64,000 bases of DNA from Longimicrobiales bacterium. GTDB taxonomy: Bacteria > Gemmatimonadota > Gemmatimonadetes > Longimicrobiales > Gaopeijiaceae. The notes beneath the pieces were generated by a model. It searched no databases and was not told the origin of the DNA. It saw only the letters and a program-made list of their open reading frames with translations. How positions within the stretch are numbered: the stretch's first letter is position 1; every line of letters starts with the position of its first letter. The stretch spans positions 96,001 through 160,000 of the forward strand of contig CBDFMQ010000001.1 in the NCBI GenBank assembly GCA_965249725.1, in the 5' to 3' direction. Positions 17,994 to 28,482 of the stretch are shown here, piece by piece. Position numbers and translations under genes: made by a program.

Positions 17994-19265
17994 TCAGGGC
18001 CCGCCTCTCCGCCTGGCTTTGCGACCCTTCGCTTTGGATCCCGACGAAGACGGCCCGGAGCGAGAGGGCGCTGCCGAAGGTCCACTCGAGGAGCTGCTCG
18101 GTGGGCGAGCCGCCGCACCCGAACCCGAGGAGCTGCTCCCGGACCCCCGCGTATATCCGCGGCCTCGGACGGCCCTCGGGCTTCCTGACCCGGCGTCCTG
18201 GTCGCGACGCCCGACGACCACGACCGTCGGGCGATAGCTGCCGTAACCTCCATAGCCGAACCCGTATCCTCCGTATCCGATGCCGTACCCGAATCCGTAC
18301 CCGTAGGGGGAATAGTATCCGGACCCGGCGTACGGCGAGTAGAAGGGGCTCAGCAGGTAGGGGTCGTAGAAGAACGGGTCGTAGTAGCGCCCGTATCCGT
18401 ACCGCGCCCGTCCAGCGCCACCGTAGCGCGCACCGCGGGTGTAGTCGGACTCGGCGAACTCCGTATCACCGCCCATGCCACGGTCTATGACGAAGTGATC
18501 GGGGTAGGAGACCGCCACCACCATGTCGATGACATTCTCCGCCACACCGGCGTTCGCCAGAGCAATCAATCGGCTGGCATCCAGGTCGAACTGGTCGCCC
18601 CGTTCGACGACCCACGCCTCGACGGCCTTCGCATCGATGTGCTCGGAGGCATCGACCACGTCGTCGATCGTGATGGGGGACGACGCGGCGACGCGGGCGA
18701 ACTGTTGGGTCTGGACGCGGTTGGCAGCGATTCCCTGGAGCCCGGCCGCCTCGACGGCCTCACGGGTCGCCAACTGGTACCGGAGCACCCAGGGGACACT
18801 CTCCCCCTCGAGCTCGACGCTTCGCACGTCCATCCACTCATACGGCGACGCCATCGACATCAGGCCGGTGGAGTTCCGTTGTAGACCACCCTCGCACGTG
18901 AGTTCAGTACGGAGATAAACGCGGCGTCCATCGTCCGAAAATGAGGCTCTCTCCCAGCCCTCACACGCCTCGCGACTCGTCTCCCGGTTCATGCCATCCG
19001 CCCGGACGGCTTCCTGGGCGACGATGTCACCGCCGGTCACTGTCAGCATCTCCACGCCCTCACCACCGGGAACGGGGCGCAAACACAACATCGGAGCGTC
19101 GCTGTCGGTGGTCTCGGTCACGGGCCCCCAGCACCCGAGCCACGGGAGCCACCGGGCGTCGTAGTCCTGATCCTGGGTCGCGGCCGGCTGCACCATCAGA
19201 ATTGCCAATGCGCCGGCGAGAAGCGTTCCGGTGCTCACCGTCCAAATGTCTCGATGCACGCTCAT
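17994..19265 (-). CDS. Secreted hypothetical protein with Tyr/Gly-rich and Ser-rich C-terminus
   Basis: Signal peptide; W.PWLGCW; several Cys; low-complexity YGYG tail. Confidence 0.75.
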   Translation of the reverse strand: MSVHRDIWTVSTGTLLAGALAILMVQPAATQDQDYDARWLPWLGCWGPVTETTDSDAPMLCLRPVPGGEGVEMLTVTGGDIVAQEAVRADGMNRETSREACEGWERASFSDDGRRVYLRTELTCEGGLQRNSTGLMSMASPYEWMDVRSVELEGESVPWVLRYQLATREAVEAAGLQGIAANRVQTQQFARVAASSPITIDDVVDASEHIDAKAVEAWVVERGDQFDLDASRLIALANAGVAENVIDMVVAVSYPDHFVIDRGMGGDTEFAESDYTRGARYGGAGRARYGYGRYYDPFFYDPYLLSPFYSPYAGSGYYSPYGYGFGYGIGYGGYGFGYGGYGSYRPTVVVVGRRDQDAGSGSPRAVRGRGYTRGSGSSSSGSGAAARPPSSSSSGPSAAPSRSGPSSSGSKAKGRKARRRGGP

Positions 19266-19284
19266 CGTCACAGTCCCTTTCCGC

Positions 19285-20046
19285 CTAGAAGCGAAACGAC
19301 AATCCCAATGTAGCCTGGAAGCCACCGAGATCGATGCTGTCGAAGTCTACGAAGTCCCGTCCCATGTCCATCTTACCCCAGGAATAACGTCCCTCACCCG
19401 TCAACACCACCTTAGAACTGAGCGACAGGTCCACTCCCGAAAACACGTGTGCCGTACCGGTCGTACCCACGGACTCGAGCCGGGCGCCGAAGACGTCGAG
19501 GGTCTCGAAGTCCACGAAGGCGCCCTCCTGCTCGAAGCTATACCATATCGCCCCGCCACCCGCACCTAGGTACGGCGACCACCGCTCGGGAACCCATACG
19601 AACCGGCTGACGGAACGACCTCTGTCGCGCAGGTAGTACTTTACGCTCAGCGTGGTAGGAACCCGCGTAAACGTCGTGGTCTGTTCGATGGGAAGGTCGT
19701 CGAGGTCCACCCAGTCGCGGAATTCGGACCGCTGGCTTGTGTGGGTGACGCTCACTCCGACCGCGATGTCCAGACGTTCGGTCGCTCGAACAGCGAAATC
19801 CGCTCCCCATGCGGAAGAGGCGAAGTCGTTCGTCTCCAGCGTCAGTTGCTCGCGGGCGAAGTCGAAAATCTCGCTTTCGGCCTGGGGAAGCGCGTACCCG
19901 CCCTTTATCCCGAAGGAGTACATCGGCCTCTGGAAGAGGAAGCCAGGGCCGCCGGACTGCCCCGAGGCGGCCACGGGGGCCGTAAGCACGGCAGCGACCG
20001 CAGCCAGGAGAACTCCCCGCCGTAGTCGTTTGCTGTGAGCGTTCAC
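19285..20046 (-). CDS. Outer-membrane beta-barrel protein
   Basis: Signal peptide, PYLGAGGG, amphipathic strands, C-terminal LSFRF. Confidence 0.8.
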   Translation of the reverse strand: MNAHSKRLRRGVLLAAVAAVLTAPVAASGQSGGPGFLFQRPMYSFGIKGGYALPQAESEIFDFAREQLTLETNDFASSAWGADFAVRATERLDIAVGVSVTHTSQRSEFRDWVDLDDLPIEQTTTFTRVPTTLSVKYYLRDRGRSVSRFVWVPERWSPYLGAGGGAIWYSFEQEGAFVDFETLDVFGARLESVGTTGTAHVFSGVDLSLSSKVVLTGEGRYSWGKMDMGRDFVDFDSIDLGGFQATLGLSFRF

Positions 20047-20339
20047 GTCATACCTCCAGGCGATGACCGACGTTTTGACATTACCCGAGAGCAGCCTGGT
20101 CGACCAGGGCTGAGCATCTCGGACTCTGCTCCTCTATGGACCCGAAAAGCAAGATGCATGCCGAGTGTCGAAATCTAGTAATACCGCGTGTTTCCTGGCC
20201 TAGCGGCCTGCTCCTGTGACCCGTGTCGGGGACAGTGGGTGTCACCGAGTGCGGACGGTGGGAGGCGGGCCTCTGGCCTGGACGGAGGGACCCTCCCATC
20301 CTAACCGTGTATTCTCAAGCTCTCGCTTCTCTTTGCCGG

Positions 20340-22763
20340 ATGGATCGCATGTCTTCCCGATGCCGCATCTTCTCGTTGCTCACCTGTCTGTTGCTCGCAG
20401 GGTCCGTCGAACTCGCCGCTCAGGATGGTTACTCCAGCTCGGTGGGGATCGTCGGTGGCGATGTGCTCGTCGTGAAGACCGATTTCGGGCAAGGGCCTGC
20501 CTCGGTGTATGTCTATCGGTCTGCCGGAAACGGTAGTTGGGAGCTGGCCGACGGTTTGACCTCTGCTGACGGGGCTGCGACCGGCGAGGGCTTCAGCCCT
20601 TCTATGACACTCTCCGGCGACCTTCTCCTGGTGGGTGCAGGCGACGCGGAGGGGCGGTGGGGTGCCCACGCGTTCCGACGCGGTGGGGCGGAAAACTGGG
20701 ATCGTGCGGAGAGCGTTGCCCTGATCGAGGGTGAGCCGGGCGCCGGTGAATGGAATGTCGCCGCGCTCATGCAGATCATGCAGCCGCCTGCGCGTTCGGT
20801 GGCCTCCGACGGGAATCGGGCACTGGTGGCGATTGTAGGCGGGCCGAGACGCTCCACGGGCGTGCGCGTTTTCGAGCGGGAGGACGGGTCGGAGAGCTGG
20901 GTACAGCGTGCCCGTTTCGAGCGTACCGAGATCGAGGGTAATGATCGGTTCGGCGCCGCCTTGGCGGTATCCGGCGATATCGCTCTTGTGGGCACCCCCG
21001 AACACGGTGCTTCTGGAGCCGTCTACGTATTCGTACGCGATGCTCCGTCCGGTGTTTGGCGCCAGGAGGCGATCCTCTCCGCCGCAGACATAGCACCGGA
21101 AAGCCGATTCGGAGCCATGGTGGCCTTTGATGGGAGCATTGCGGTGGTCGGCATTCCCGGGACGGGCGAAACGGAGGGCCGCGTGCGGGCCTATGCTCGG
21201 GACGCCACAAGTGGCATCTGGACAGAGGAGAGTGGGCGGTCGTCACCCGACCCCACCGCCGGTGACCGTTTCGGGACCACCCTGGCTCTCAATGGGAACG
21301 AGGTCTTGATCGGCGCACCGGGTGCTCAGGAAGGCAGGGGATCGGTATACCGCTTCCAGCGGGATTCGGCTGCTGGCCCCTGGATGCCGGCGGGCGAGCT
21401 CTCGGCTTCCGGAGCGGCCGCTGGCTTCGGTCTTGGCTCGGCCGTGGCCTTGTCAGGTGACGTAGCCGTGGCGGGTGCCCCTGGCGCGGCTTTCGGGAGG
21501 GGCCAGGCTGCGGTCTACTCGCGGACCCCCGCCGGCGGCTGGAGTCAGCCCGAGTGGCTCAGCCTCACGTCGGACCTGACCCTCATTGCAGGTGAAGAGG
21601 TGCCGTGTTCCGACGGTCGGGCCGAGCGCTTCGAGTGCAGTGACGTCGATCTCCTCGCGTTTCTGCCACTCGAGGAACTGGGACTACGCCCTGGGGCCGG
21701 AGGTCCATTGGGTGGTGTCTCGGACGTCTGGGGGTGGACTGACCCGCAGACGCGCCGGGAGTACGCGCTCGTGGGCCGTCGTGGCGGAGCGGGCATCGTC
21801 GACATCACCAACCCGAGTTCTCCGACCTATCTCGGGCTGGTTCTAGCCGAAGGGGGGTCAGCCCAGGACATCAAGGTATACGCCGATCACGCTTTCTTCA
21901 TCGGAAGCGGGAATACCGGCATGGGGGTGTTCGACCTGAGCCGGATTCGTGATGTGACGAATCCACCGGTGACCTGGGAGATCGACGCCCGCTACGGTGG
22001 GATCGCAGCTGCACACAACCTGGTCATCGATGTGGAGAGTGGCTTCGCCTACCCGGTGGGTGCGACCGGTGGGGGCGACACGTGCGGTGGTGGCCTCCAC
22101 ATGATCGACATCAGAGAGCCGGTGAACCCGACCTTTGCGGGATGCTACACCGACACCGAGGGTCTCATCTGGGCGGGTCGCACACACGATGGCCAGTGCG
22201 TCGAGTACATCGGGCCGGACGAGGACTTCCAGGGCCGCCAGATCTGCTTCGCCTCGAACGAGACGGCGCTTCGCATCGTAGACGTTACCGACAAGGATGC
22301 GCCCGCCGCCCTCGCTGCGGCGACCTACCCCGGCATGGCGTACATCCACCAGGGATGGCTCACGGAGGATCAGCGCTACTACTACATGAACGACGAATTG
22401 GACGAGCTCACCGGACTGGCTCCCACCACGCGGACATTGGTGTGGGACGTCGCGGAACTGGACGACCCCATTCTGGTCAATGAGTACTTCGGCCCGACGA
22501 GAGCCACCGATCACAATCTGTATATCAAGGGCGATCGCATGTACCAGGCAAACTACCAGGCCGGGTTCCGGGTCGTGGACATCAGTGATCGGGAGAATCC
22601 CGAAGAGATCGGTTATTTCGATACGACTCCGTACGAGGGGAATCCGCCGACCATGGGTGGTGCGTTCAGCGCTTACCCGTACTTCGAGAGCGGAACTGTC
22701 ATCGTAACCAGCTCCCAGGAAGGGCTGTTCATTCTTCGGCCTGCCAGACGGCCCGTGTTCTAG
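20340..22763 (+). CDS. Choice-of-anchor B family protein with FG-GAP repeats
   Basis: Repeated FG..LA...VGAP; SDVWGWTDP, AHN, GGLHMIDI, YIHQGWL, NDELDE, DHNLY. Confidence 0.85.
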   Translation: MDRMSSRCRIFSLLTCLLLAGSVELAAQDGYSSSVGIVGGDVLVVKTDFGQGPASVYVYRSAGNGSWELADGLTSADGAATGEGFSPSMTLSGDLLLVGAGDAEGRWGAHAFRRGGAENWDRAESVALIEGEPGAGEWNVAALMQIMQPPARSVASDGNRALVAIVGGPRRSTGVRVFEREDGSESWVQRARFERTEIEGNDRFGAALAVSGDIALVGTPEHGASGAVYVFVRDAPSGVWRQEAILSAADIAPESRFGAMVAFDGSIAVVGIPGTGETEGRVRAYARDATSGIWTEESGRSSPDPTAGDRFGTTLALNGNEVLIGAPGAQEGRGSVYRFQRDSAAGPWMPAGELSASGAAAGFGLGSAVALSGDVAVAGAPGAAFGRGQAAVYSRTPAGGWSQPEWLSLTSDLTLIAGEEVPCSDGRAERFECSDVDLLAFLPLEELGLRPGAGGPLGGVSDVWGWTDPQTRREYALVGRRGGAGIVDITNPSSPTYLGLVLAEGGSAQDIKVYADHAFFIGSGNTGMGVFDLSRIRDVTNPPVTWEIDARYGGIAAAHNLVIDVESGFAYPVGATGGGDTCGGGLHMIDIREPVNPTFAGCYTDTEGLIWAGRTHDGQCVEYIGPDEDFQGRQICFASNETALRIVDVTDKDAPAALAAATYPGMAYIHQGWLTEDQRYYYMNDELDELTGLAPTTRTLVWDVAELDDPILVNEYFGPTRATDHNLYIKGDRMYQANYQAGFRVVDISDRENPEEIGYFDTTPYEGNPPTMGGAFSAYPYFESGTVIVTSSQEGLFILRPARRPVF

Positions 22764-22790
22764 GATCGGGTCGTCGCCTCGGAGTCGGAT

Positions 22791-22852
22791 GCCGGGTTGG
22801 CCGCCGGGTTGGCCGCCGGGTTGGCCACCGGGTTGGCCGGCGGGTTGGCCCC
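22791..22852 (+). repeat. 12-bp tandem repeat (GCCGGGTTGGCC) about x5
   Basis: Read directly; intergenic; minor variants between units. Confidence 0.85.
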
Positions 22853-22960
22853 GGGGTCTTGGGAACCGGGCATCGCGATTTTATCTTCGTGGATTCATCT
22901 GACGGCGAGTGTCCCTTTGACGACTCGCGGCGGTCGTCGAATCGTACACCAGAGTAGGGG

Positions 22961-23344
22961 ATGGAAATGAAGCGAATTTCCTTGACGTTGGCAGGACTCG
23001 CCGTTGCCCTCATGAGCGCATCCAGCCTCCAGGCCCAGATGCCTGATGGGGTTACCGATGCCATGGTAGCGGAGGGTCAGACGGTCTATATGGGTGCCGG
23101 ACTCTGTGCTGCGTGCCATGGCATGGACGGCTCCGGTGCGATTGGTCCGAACCTTACCGATAGTGAGTGGCTGACGGGTGGCGGGAGCTATCCCGAGCTC
23201 ATCGACCAGATCAACAAAGGCGTCTCCGCGGCGGAGATAAAGAACTCCATGGGCGCGATCATGCCTCCCAAGGGTGGTTCTGCCATCACCGATGACCAGG
23301 TGAAGGCGGTCGCCGCATACGTCTGGAAGCTCAGCAACGGCTGA
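22961..23344 (+). CDS. Periplasmic monoheme cytochrome c
   Basis: Signal peptide, CAACHG, GPNLTD..W, distal MPPKGG. Confidence 0.9.
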   Translation: MEMKRISLTLAGLAVALMSASSLQAQMPDGVTDAMVAEGQTVYMGAGLCAACHGMDGSGAIGPNLTDSEWLTGGGSYPELIDQINKGVSAAEIKNSMGAIMPPKGGSAITDDQVKAVAAYVWKLSNG

Positions 23345-23371
23345 CCCACCGAGCAGAATTCGGGGTGGTAG

Positions 23372-23409
23372 AGCCCGCCGGACTTCGAGTCCGGCGGGCT
23401 TCTGTTTTT
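23372..23409 (+). terminator. Intrinsic terminator
   Basis: 13-bp perfect stem AGCCCGCCGGACT-TCG-AGTCCGGCGGGCT followed by TCTGTTTTT. Confidence 0.85.
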
Positions 23410-23509
23410 GGGAGGCCTCTGATCTGGCGGGCTTCTTACCTTGCCAGGGTTAGCCACTTTGTTGGACAGAGTACTTGTCGTTGCTAGGAGTCATGCCTAG
23501 CATTGGAGC

Positions 23510-24220
23510 ATGATCCCGACTGGCCGACCCCCTGAGACGGAGACTCCCGTGGACCCCGGTTCCTCCATGGAGCCCGGCTCCTCTGGGAGCCCCGGTTCCT
23601 CAGTGGACCCAGTTCCACCGGTCGCCACCGACCCCGGTGGGGCCCCTGTGGAGCTGCATACGCGGGCCATGGACAATCTCGAGTTCATCCGAGACACGAT
23701 GGAGAATTCGGGTCGGTTCACTACGCTCTCGGGCTTGGGGTCGATCCTGCTCGGAGTCGTCGGGCTGGCGGCCGCGCCCATCGCTTCGGCTCAGCCGACC
23801 CAAGAGGGTTGGCTCACCACCTGGCTCATGGCCGCCGCCGTGGCGATCCCGTTGGGTGGATCAGCGGTGTTGTGGAAGACGAGCAAGGCGGGAGTGCCTT
23901 TGCTGAGTGGGCACGGGCGTCGGTTCGTGCTGGGCTTCGTCCCCGGGATGGTGACCGGAGCCCTGGTTACGCTGGCACTCTTTCGTGCGGGGCTTTACGA
24001 CCTCATGCCTGGCTGTTGGCTGCTCATGTATGGCACCGGTGTCCTCACGGCGGGCACTTTTTCGGTCCGGATCATCCCGCTCATGGGCGCCTCGTTCATG
24101 GTGGTCGGCGCCGGGGCGCTTTTTGCTCCTGCCGCTCTCGGAGACAATTTCATGGCCGTCGGCTTCGGGGGGGTTCACGTCCTGTTCGGAGTTCTCATTG
24201 CGAGGAGATACGGTGGCTAG
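23510..24220 (+). CDS. Membrane protein
   Basis: A..NL.FIR.TME, WLLMYG, GFGG.H..FG..IARRYGG; about 6 TM segments. Confidence 0.8.
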   Translation: MIPTGRPPETETPVDPGSSMEPGSSGSPGSSVDPVPPVATDPGGAPVELHTRAMDNLEFIRDTMENSGRFTTLSGLGSILLGVVGLAAAPIASAQPTQEGWLTTWLMAAAVAIPLGGSAVLWKTSKAGVPLLSGHGRRFVLGFVPGMVTGALVTLALFRAGLYDLMPGCWLLMYGTGVLTAGTFSVRIIPLMGASFMVVGAGALFAPAALGDNFMAVGFGGVHVLFGVLIARRYGG

Positions 24221-24590
24221 AGCCAAGAGGCAGCCGAAGGCGGATGAGGCAGGGGAGCCCACTCTTATGAGCGTTTCGGGAGAGAGCGTGGGGAGTCCTC
24301 TCGCGTTGGATAGGATCATCCATGAGCGACTCCGGCTGGGCATCGTCAGCGCGTTGGCCGTTCAGGAGAGCATGACCTTCAACGGTCTCAAGGAGGCCCT
24401 CGGGGCGACCGACGGAAATCTGAGCGCCCACGCCAGGAAGCTGGAAGAGGCGGGCTACGTCCTGTGTGCGAAGTCCTTTGTCGACCGCGTTCCACGGACC
24501 GAATACTCACTGACGGATCTCGGGAGAGAGCGGCTCGAAGAGTACCTGGCCCACCTCGAGGCACTCATTCATGCCGCGAGAGGATCGTAG
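24213..24590 (+). CDS. Winged-helix transcriptional regulator (HTH_34, MarR/ArsR-like)
   Basis: LDRIIHERLRLGI, TDGNLSAHARKLEEAGY, PRTEY.LT..G. Confidence 0.88.
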   Translation: MARAKRQPKADEAGEPTLMSVSGESVGSPLALDRIIHERLRLGIVSALAVQESMTFNGLKEALGATDGNLSAHARKLEEAGYVLCAKSFVDRVPRTEYSLTDLGRERLEEYLAHLEALIHAARGS

Positions 24591-24691
24591 TCCTTCCAAC
24601 CCGAGTCGTGGTCGCGCCGTCCAATCCTCTGTCACGGTGGGCCGCTCGACGGCCCGCCCTGGAGATCACTGGACGGGAACGAGGTCGGGAT

Positions 24692-25504
24692 ATGAAGTAC
24701 ACATTCGCGGTTACGGTCGGAGCCTGGTTGTTGGGGGGAACGGTACTATCTGCCAATCCGGCGGCTGCCCAGAGGGGTGGGGACCGGTGTGAGTTCGGCA
24801 CCGAGCTCGCGGCCGATCTGTCGGCATCGGACGCGGAGCGACTCACGGTCTTTGCCGGATCGGGCTCGCTCGAGGTGGAGGGCCGAGCGGGTGCATCGGC
24901 GGTAACGGCCACGGCCACCGTTTGTGCCTCGGAAGAGTGGATGCTCGACGAGATGGAGGTGGTGCTGGAGCGACGCGGATCGACCGTGGATCTCGAGACG
25001 CGCTATCCCGATCGTTCGTGGCGGGGGGAGGGGTATGCTCGCATCGATCTCCACGTTGAGGTGCCTCTTGGCATGGCAGCGGAGATCGAAGATGGAAGCG
25101 GGTCCGCGACCTTGAGTGGTCTCGGTGATCTCTCCGTGAACGACGGTTCGGGTGAGCTCTATGTCGAAGGCATCCGGGGCGCCTTGGACATCGAGGATGG
25201 GTCGGGTGGACTCGAGATAAGGGATGTCCAAGGAGACGTGTTCGTCGAGGACGGGTCGGGCTCCATGGACATCGTCGGCATCACGGGTTCCGTAACGGTG
25301 GATGACGGCTCGGGATCGATGGACATCCGGGACGTCAGTGAAGACGTGATGGCCTACGACATCGGCTCGGGAGTCCTTCGAGTGTCCGACGTTGAAGGCG
25401 ACTTCACGGTCCGGGACGGACGTCACGAAAGGATCCGGTATTCGGCGGTCGGGGGAGTGGTGGACATTCCCGCCCCGCGAAGAAGGCGTGGAGGCCGGCG
25501 CTAG
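24692..25504 (+). CDS. DUF4097-like beta-strand repeat secreted protein
   Basis: Signal peptide; repeated DGSG.L.I..V.G motif. Confidence 0.82.
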   Translation: MKYTFAVTVGAWLLGGTVLSANPAAAQRGGDRCEFGTELAADLSASDAERLTVFAGSGSLEVEGRAGASAVTATATVCASEEWMLDEMEVVLERRGSTVDLETRYPDRSWRGEGYARIDLHVEVPLGMAAEIEDGSGSATLSGLGDLSVNDGSGELYVEGIRGALDIEDGSGGLEIRDVQGDVFVEDGSGSMDIVGITGSVTVDDGSGSMDIRDVSEDVMAYDIGSGVLRVSDVEGDFTVRDGRHERIRYSAVGGVVDIPAPRRRRGGRR

Positions 25505-25531
25505 CCGGTCGCTTACGATCACGGTACGGAG

Positions 25532-25559
25532 AGCCCGGTCCTCACGGACCGGGCTTTTT
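25532..25559 (+). terminator. Intrinsic terminator
   Basis: AGCCCGGTCC-TCAC-GGACCGGGCT followed by TTTT. Confidence 0.8.
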
Positions 25560-25603
25560 CGTTCCCGTTGCGGGACGGAGAGTCATCGCCGATCCTCTCC
25601 GCC

Positions 25604-26866
25604 ATGGAAGAGTTGACCTCCCGGGAAAGAGCGGTGCTCGACGCCCTCGACCACGACGGCCTACTGGACGCGATCTGTACCCTCGTGGCGATTCCGAGCG
25701 TGGGCGGCCAGGAGGCACCGGCCCAGGAGTCGGTATCCGAGACCATGGCCGGTATCGGGCTCGACGTGGACCTCTGGGAGCTCGACTTCGAGGCCTTGGC
25801 TCGGCATCCCGCCTACGCCGTGGAGTGCGAGCGTGATCGCGGACTCGGTGTGGTCGGTCGGTTGGGAGAGGGGGAGGGTGGGGCCAGCCTAATCCTCAAC
25901 GGACACGTCGATGTAGTGCCCCCCGGCCACGACGAGCGGTGGTCCAGCCCACCGTTCGTGCCTCGGCTCGAGGATGACCGGATCTACGGCAGGGGCTCGG
26001 TCGACATGAAGGCTGGCCTTTGCTCCGCCATCTTCGCTGCCAAGGCCATCCAGGATGCGGGCGTGCGGCTCGCCGGCGCGCTCTTCATCGAAAGCGTCAT
26101 CGGCGAAGAGGACGGAGGGGTAGGCACGCTGGCCACGATCCACCGCGGGTACCGAGCGGATGGTGCGATCGTAATGGAGCCCACCAACCTCGAGGTCGCG
26201 ACCACGGGAGCCGGGTGTTTCAACTTCCGAGTACGAGTGCCTGGAAAAGCTGCCCACGGTGCCCTGCGATCAGAAGGGGTGAGCGCCATCCACAAGTCGC
26301 ATCTGATTCTCGCCGCTCTGGACGCTCTGGAGCGGGAGAGGAACGCCGACCGGGATCCGATTATTCCCGGTGATCTGCCCTTCCCCATATCGGTGGGGAC
26401 CGTGTCGGGCGGCGAGTGGGCGTCCTCCGTGGCCGAAGAAGTCGCATTCGAGGGCCGGTACGGAGTGCGCCCCGGCGAGGATCCCGATGAGGCGAGGTCG
26501 GCCTTGGAGGCAGCGGTCGCGGGAGCCGCAGAGGAGGACGTGTTTCTCCAGGGGAATCCACCGGAGGTCGAGTGGTGGGGGGGACGATTCGAGGCCTGCC
26601 GGGTCGCTCCCGATGCGGGGGTCGTGACCGCGGTTCGAGACGCGCATCGGGTGGTGACGGGAAGCCAAGCCAAGCTCACCGGCGTGCCTTACGGGTCGGA
26701 TATGGCTCTCCTCGTCAATCACGGGGATACACCGACCGTCCTTTACGGGCCCGGGGATGTGAGGCGTGCCCACGCGCCGAACGAGTTCGTGCCGGTCGAC
26801 GAGGTCGTGATGGCTGCCCGTACCCTCGCACTGACCGCGTTGCGCTTTTGCGGGATAGACGGGTGA
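25604..26866 (+). CDS. ArgE/DapE family (M20) deacylase
   Basis: LNGHVDVVP, GRGSVDMK, EEDGG, MEPT, AHG, AHAPNE. Confidence 0.9.
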   Translation: MEELTSRERAVLDALDHDGLLDAICTLVAIPSVGGQEAPAQESVSETMAGIGLDVDLWELDFEALARHPAYAVECERDRGLGVVGRLGEGEGGASLILNGHVDVVPPGHDERWSSPPFVPRLEDDRIYGRGSVDMKAGLCSAIFAAKAIQDAGVRLAGALFIESVIGEEDGGVGTLATIHRGYRADGAIVMEPTNLEVATTGAGCFNFRVRVPGKAAHGALRSEGVSAIHKSHLILAALDALERERNADRDPIIPGDLPFPISVGTVSGGEWASSVAEEVAFEGRYGVRPGEDPDEARSALEAAVAGAAEEDVFLQGNPPEVEWWGGRFEACRVAPDAGVVTAVRDAHRVVTGSQAKLTGVPYGSDMALLVNHGDTPTVLYGPGDVRRAHAPNEFVPVDEVVMAARTLALTALRFCGIDG

Positions 26867-27267
26867 CGGAGCTCTTTTCGGAGCCCGCATCCCGCGAGGA
26901 TGCGCTGACGCCGGCGGTGCTCCTCTGGGGCGGAACAGGTACCTGCGTCCAGATCGCGCTCGTGGTAGCGGGTCACTACAACGATGCCGTCTACTCGGTC
27001 TGGCCTGCTCCCTTGTTGGCTACAGCAGCCGTGAGTGGTGCTGCCTATGTGATCCACAAGCGACGATCCCTCGCCGACTCGGCCTGGCACGGTGGAGTGG
27101 TCGGTGGCATCTGCACGTTCCTGGGCACCGCTCTCGCAGCCGTAATGGCCGACGTCGCGGCGATGCAGCTCGTCACGATGAGCCTGGGCGGGATCGCGGT
27201 GGGGGGTGTGGCCGGGTCGCTGGCGTTCGCGGCGCTTAGGCTCGTCAGCCCCGCACGAGGCGAGTAG
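26863..27267 (+). CDS. Small membrane protein
   Basis: GTGA overlap with the upstream gene; 4 hydrophobic segments. Confidence 0.65.
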   Translation: MTELFSEPASREDALTPAVLLWGGTGTCVQIALVVAGHYNDAVYSVWPAPLLATAAVSGAAYVIHKRRSLADSAWHGGVVGGICTFLGTALAAVMADVAAMQLVTMSLGGIAVGGVAGSLAFAALRLVSPARGE

Positions 27268-27339
27268 CGACGTACACCAGCAGGACGCCGTCCGTCGTTT
27301 CCGGTCTGGGCCCAGGATGGCCTGGGGTTCCTCCGCCTC

Positions 27340-28248
27340 CTAGTCCTGGCCGACTTCGTCGGGATGGTAGACAAGTATGGGAACCTGTGCGCCTCGCAAG
27401 ACCTTGTCCGTGACGCTCCCCAGCAACAGGCGAGAGACCCCCCCTCGTCCGTGCGTCGACATGGCGATCATGTCGGCTCCCGTGCGTTCCGCAAAATGCA
27501 GAACCCCCGCGGCCGGACTCGCGTCCACGCAGATGTGACCGGACGCGTCGAGTCCACGCTCAACCAGGATGGCCGCCTGGCCGTCGATGTACTCCTTGGC
27601 CACCGCCTCGCCCTCCTTGAGCAACTCCGCGTTCACCTGGATCGTGTGCGGCAGGTACGACGAGGCGAACTCTTCGGGGTAGGGGAAGACGCGCAGCAAC
27701 GAGAAAACCGCCTTGGGGTCGGACGCAATGTCCAACGCGTGCGGGATGATGGCCTCACCCTCTGTCGATCCATCCAGTGGTACCAGCACCTTCTTGGGGC
27801 TGAAGTCCTCCTCGAGGTCGAGTGTCACGTCTTCCGTGGGGAGGAGGAGGAGGAGGGGGAACGAGGAGTGACGCACCAGAGCGTCGGCCGTGCTTCCTAG
27901 CCAGAATCGGGACATGGGTCCGCGCCCATGGGTGGCCATGACCACCAGGGCACCCCCGCGGGCGTCCACATGGTGCTGAATCGTCCCGCCCGTCGTTCCC
28001 GAAAGAGCCGTGGCCGCCACGGTGACGCCAGTCGCCTCTTTGACGCGCTGTGCCACGCTTTCGATGTAGCGCTCCGACCACTCGCGGGAGGCGGTCTCCC
28101 ACAAGTCGTGATCAAGTGTTGGGACGGCCTCGTGGACAGTCAGGACCTCGAGGCGCGCCTCCCACCGGCGAGCCATGGACAGGGCAACCGGGAGTGCCGA
28201 CTCCGAGAACTCCGAGCCGTCCAGGGGGACCAGGATGAGTCGCGACAT
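27340..28248 (-). CDS. Tandem-domain universal stress protein
   Basis: Two LVPLDGS and two M.THGR...LGS motifs; AAGGAGG RBS. Confidence 0.92.
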   Translation of the reverse strand: MSRLILVPLDGSEFSESALPVALSMARRWEARLEVLTVHEAVPTLDHDLWETASREWSERYIESVAQRVKEATGVTVAATALSGTTGGTIQHHVDARGGALVVMATHGRGPMSRFWLGSTADALVRHSSFPLLLLLPTEDVTLDLEEDFSPKKVLVPLDGSTEGEAIIPHALDIASDPKAVFSLLRVFPYPEEFASSYLPHTIQVNAELLKEGEAVAKEYIDGQAAILVERGLDASGHICVDASPAAGVLHFAERTGADMIAMSTHGRGGVSRLLLGSVTDKVLRGAQVPILVYHPDEVGQD

Positions 28249-28482
28249 GATGCCCTCCTTGCGCAGCGGCTGAGAAGGCGGCGTGGCGGCCCCCGATAGT
28301 ACGGGAGAATCGGCAGCTTGGCCATCCGCCATCTCAACCTGGAACGGCCCCGGTGGCCGCTCCACTAGGAGTTTCCTGAGGGTCCTGTCAGAAAGGAGAC
28401 CGAGCCGTGTGGGGGATCTCCCGACGAGGGAATGCCGACAGAGCGTGATTGGAGCGGATCACCCGCCGTTCCCCACCGTTCC

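Noticed and set aside
22791..22852. Possible CRISPR array
   Set aside because: Contiguous 12-bp units with no spacers and no cas genes.
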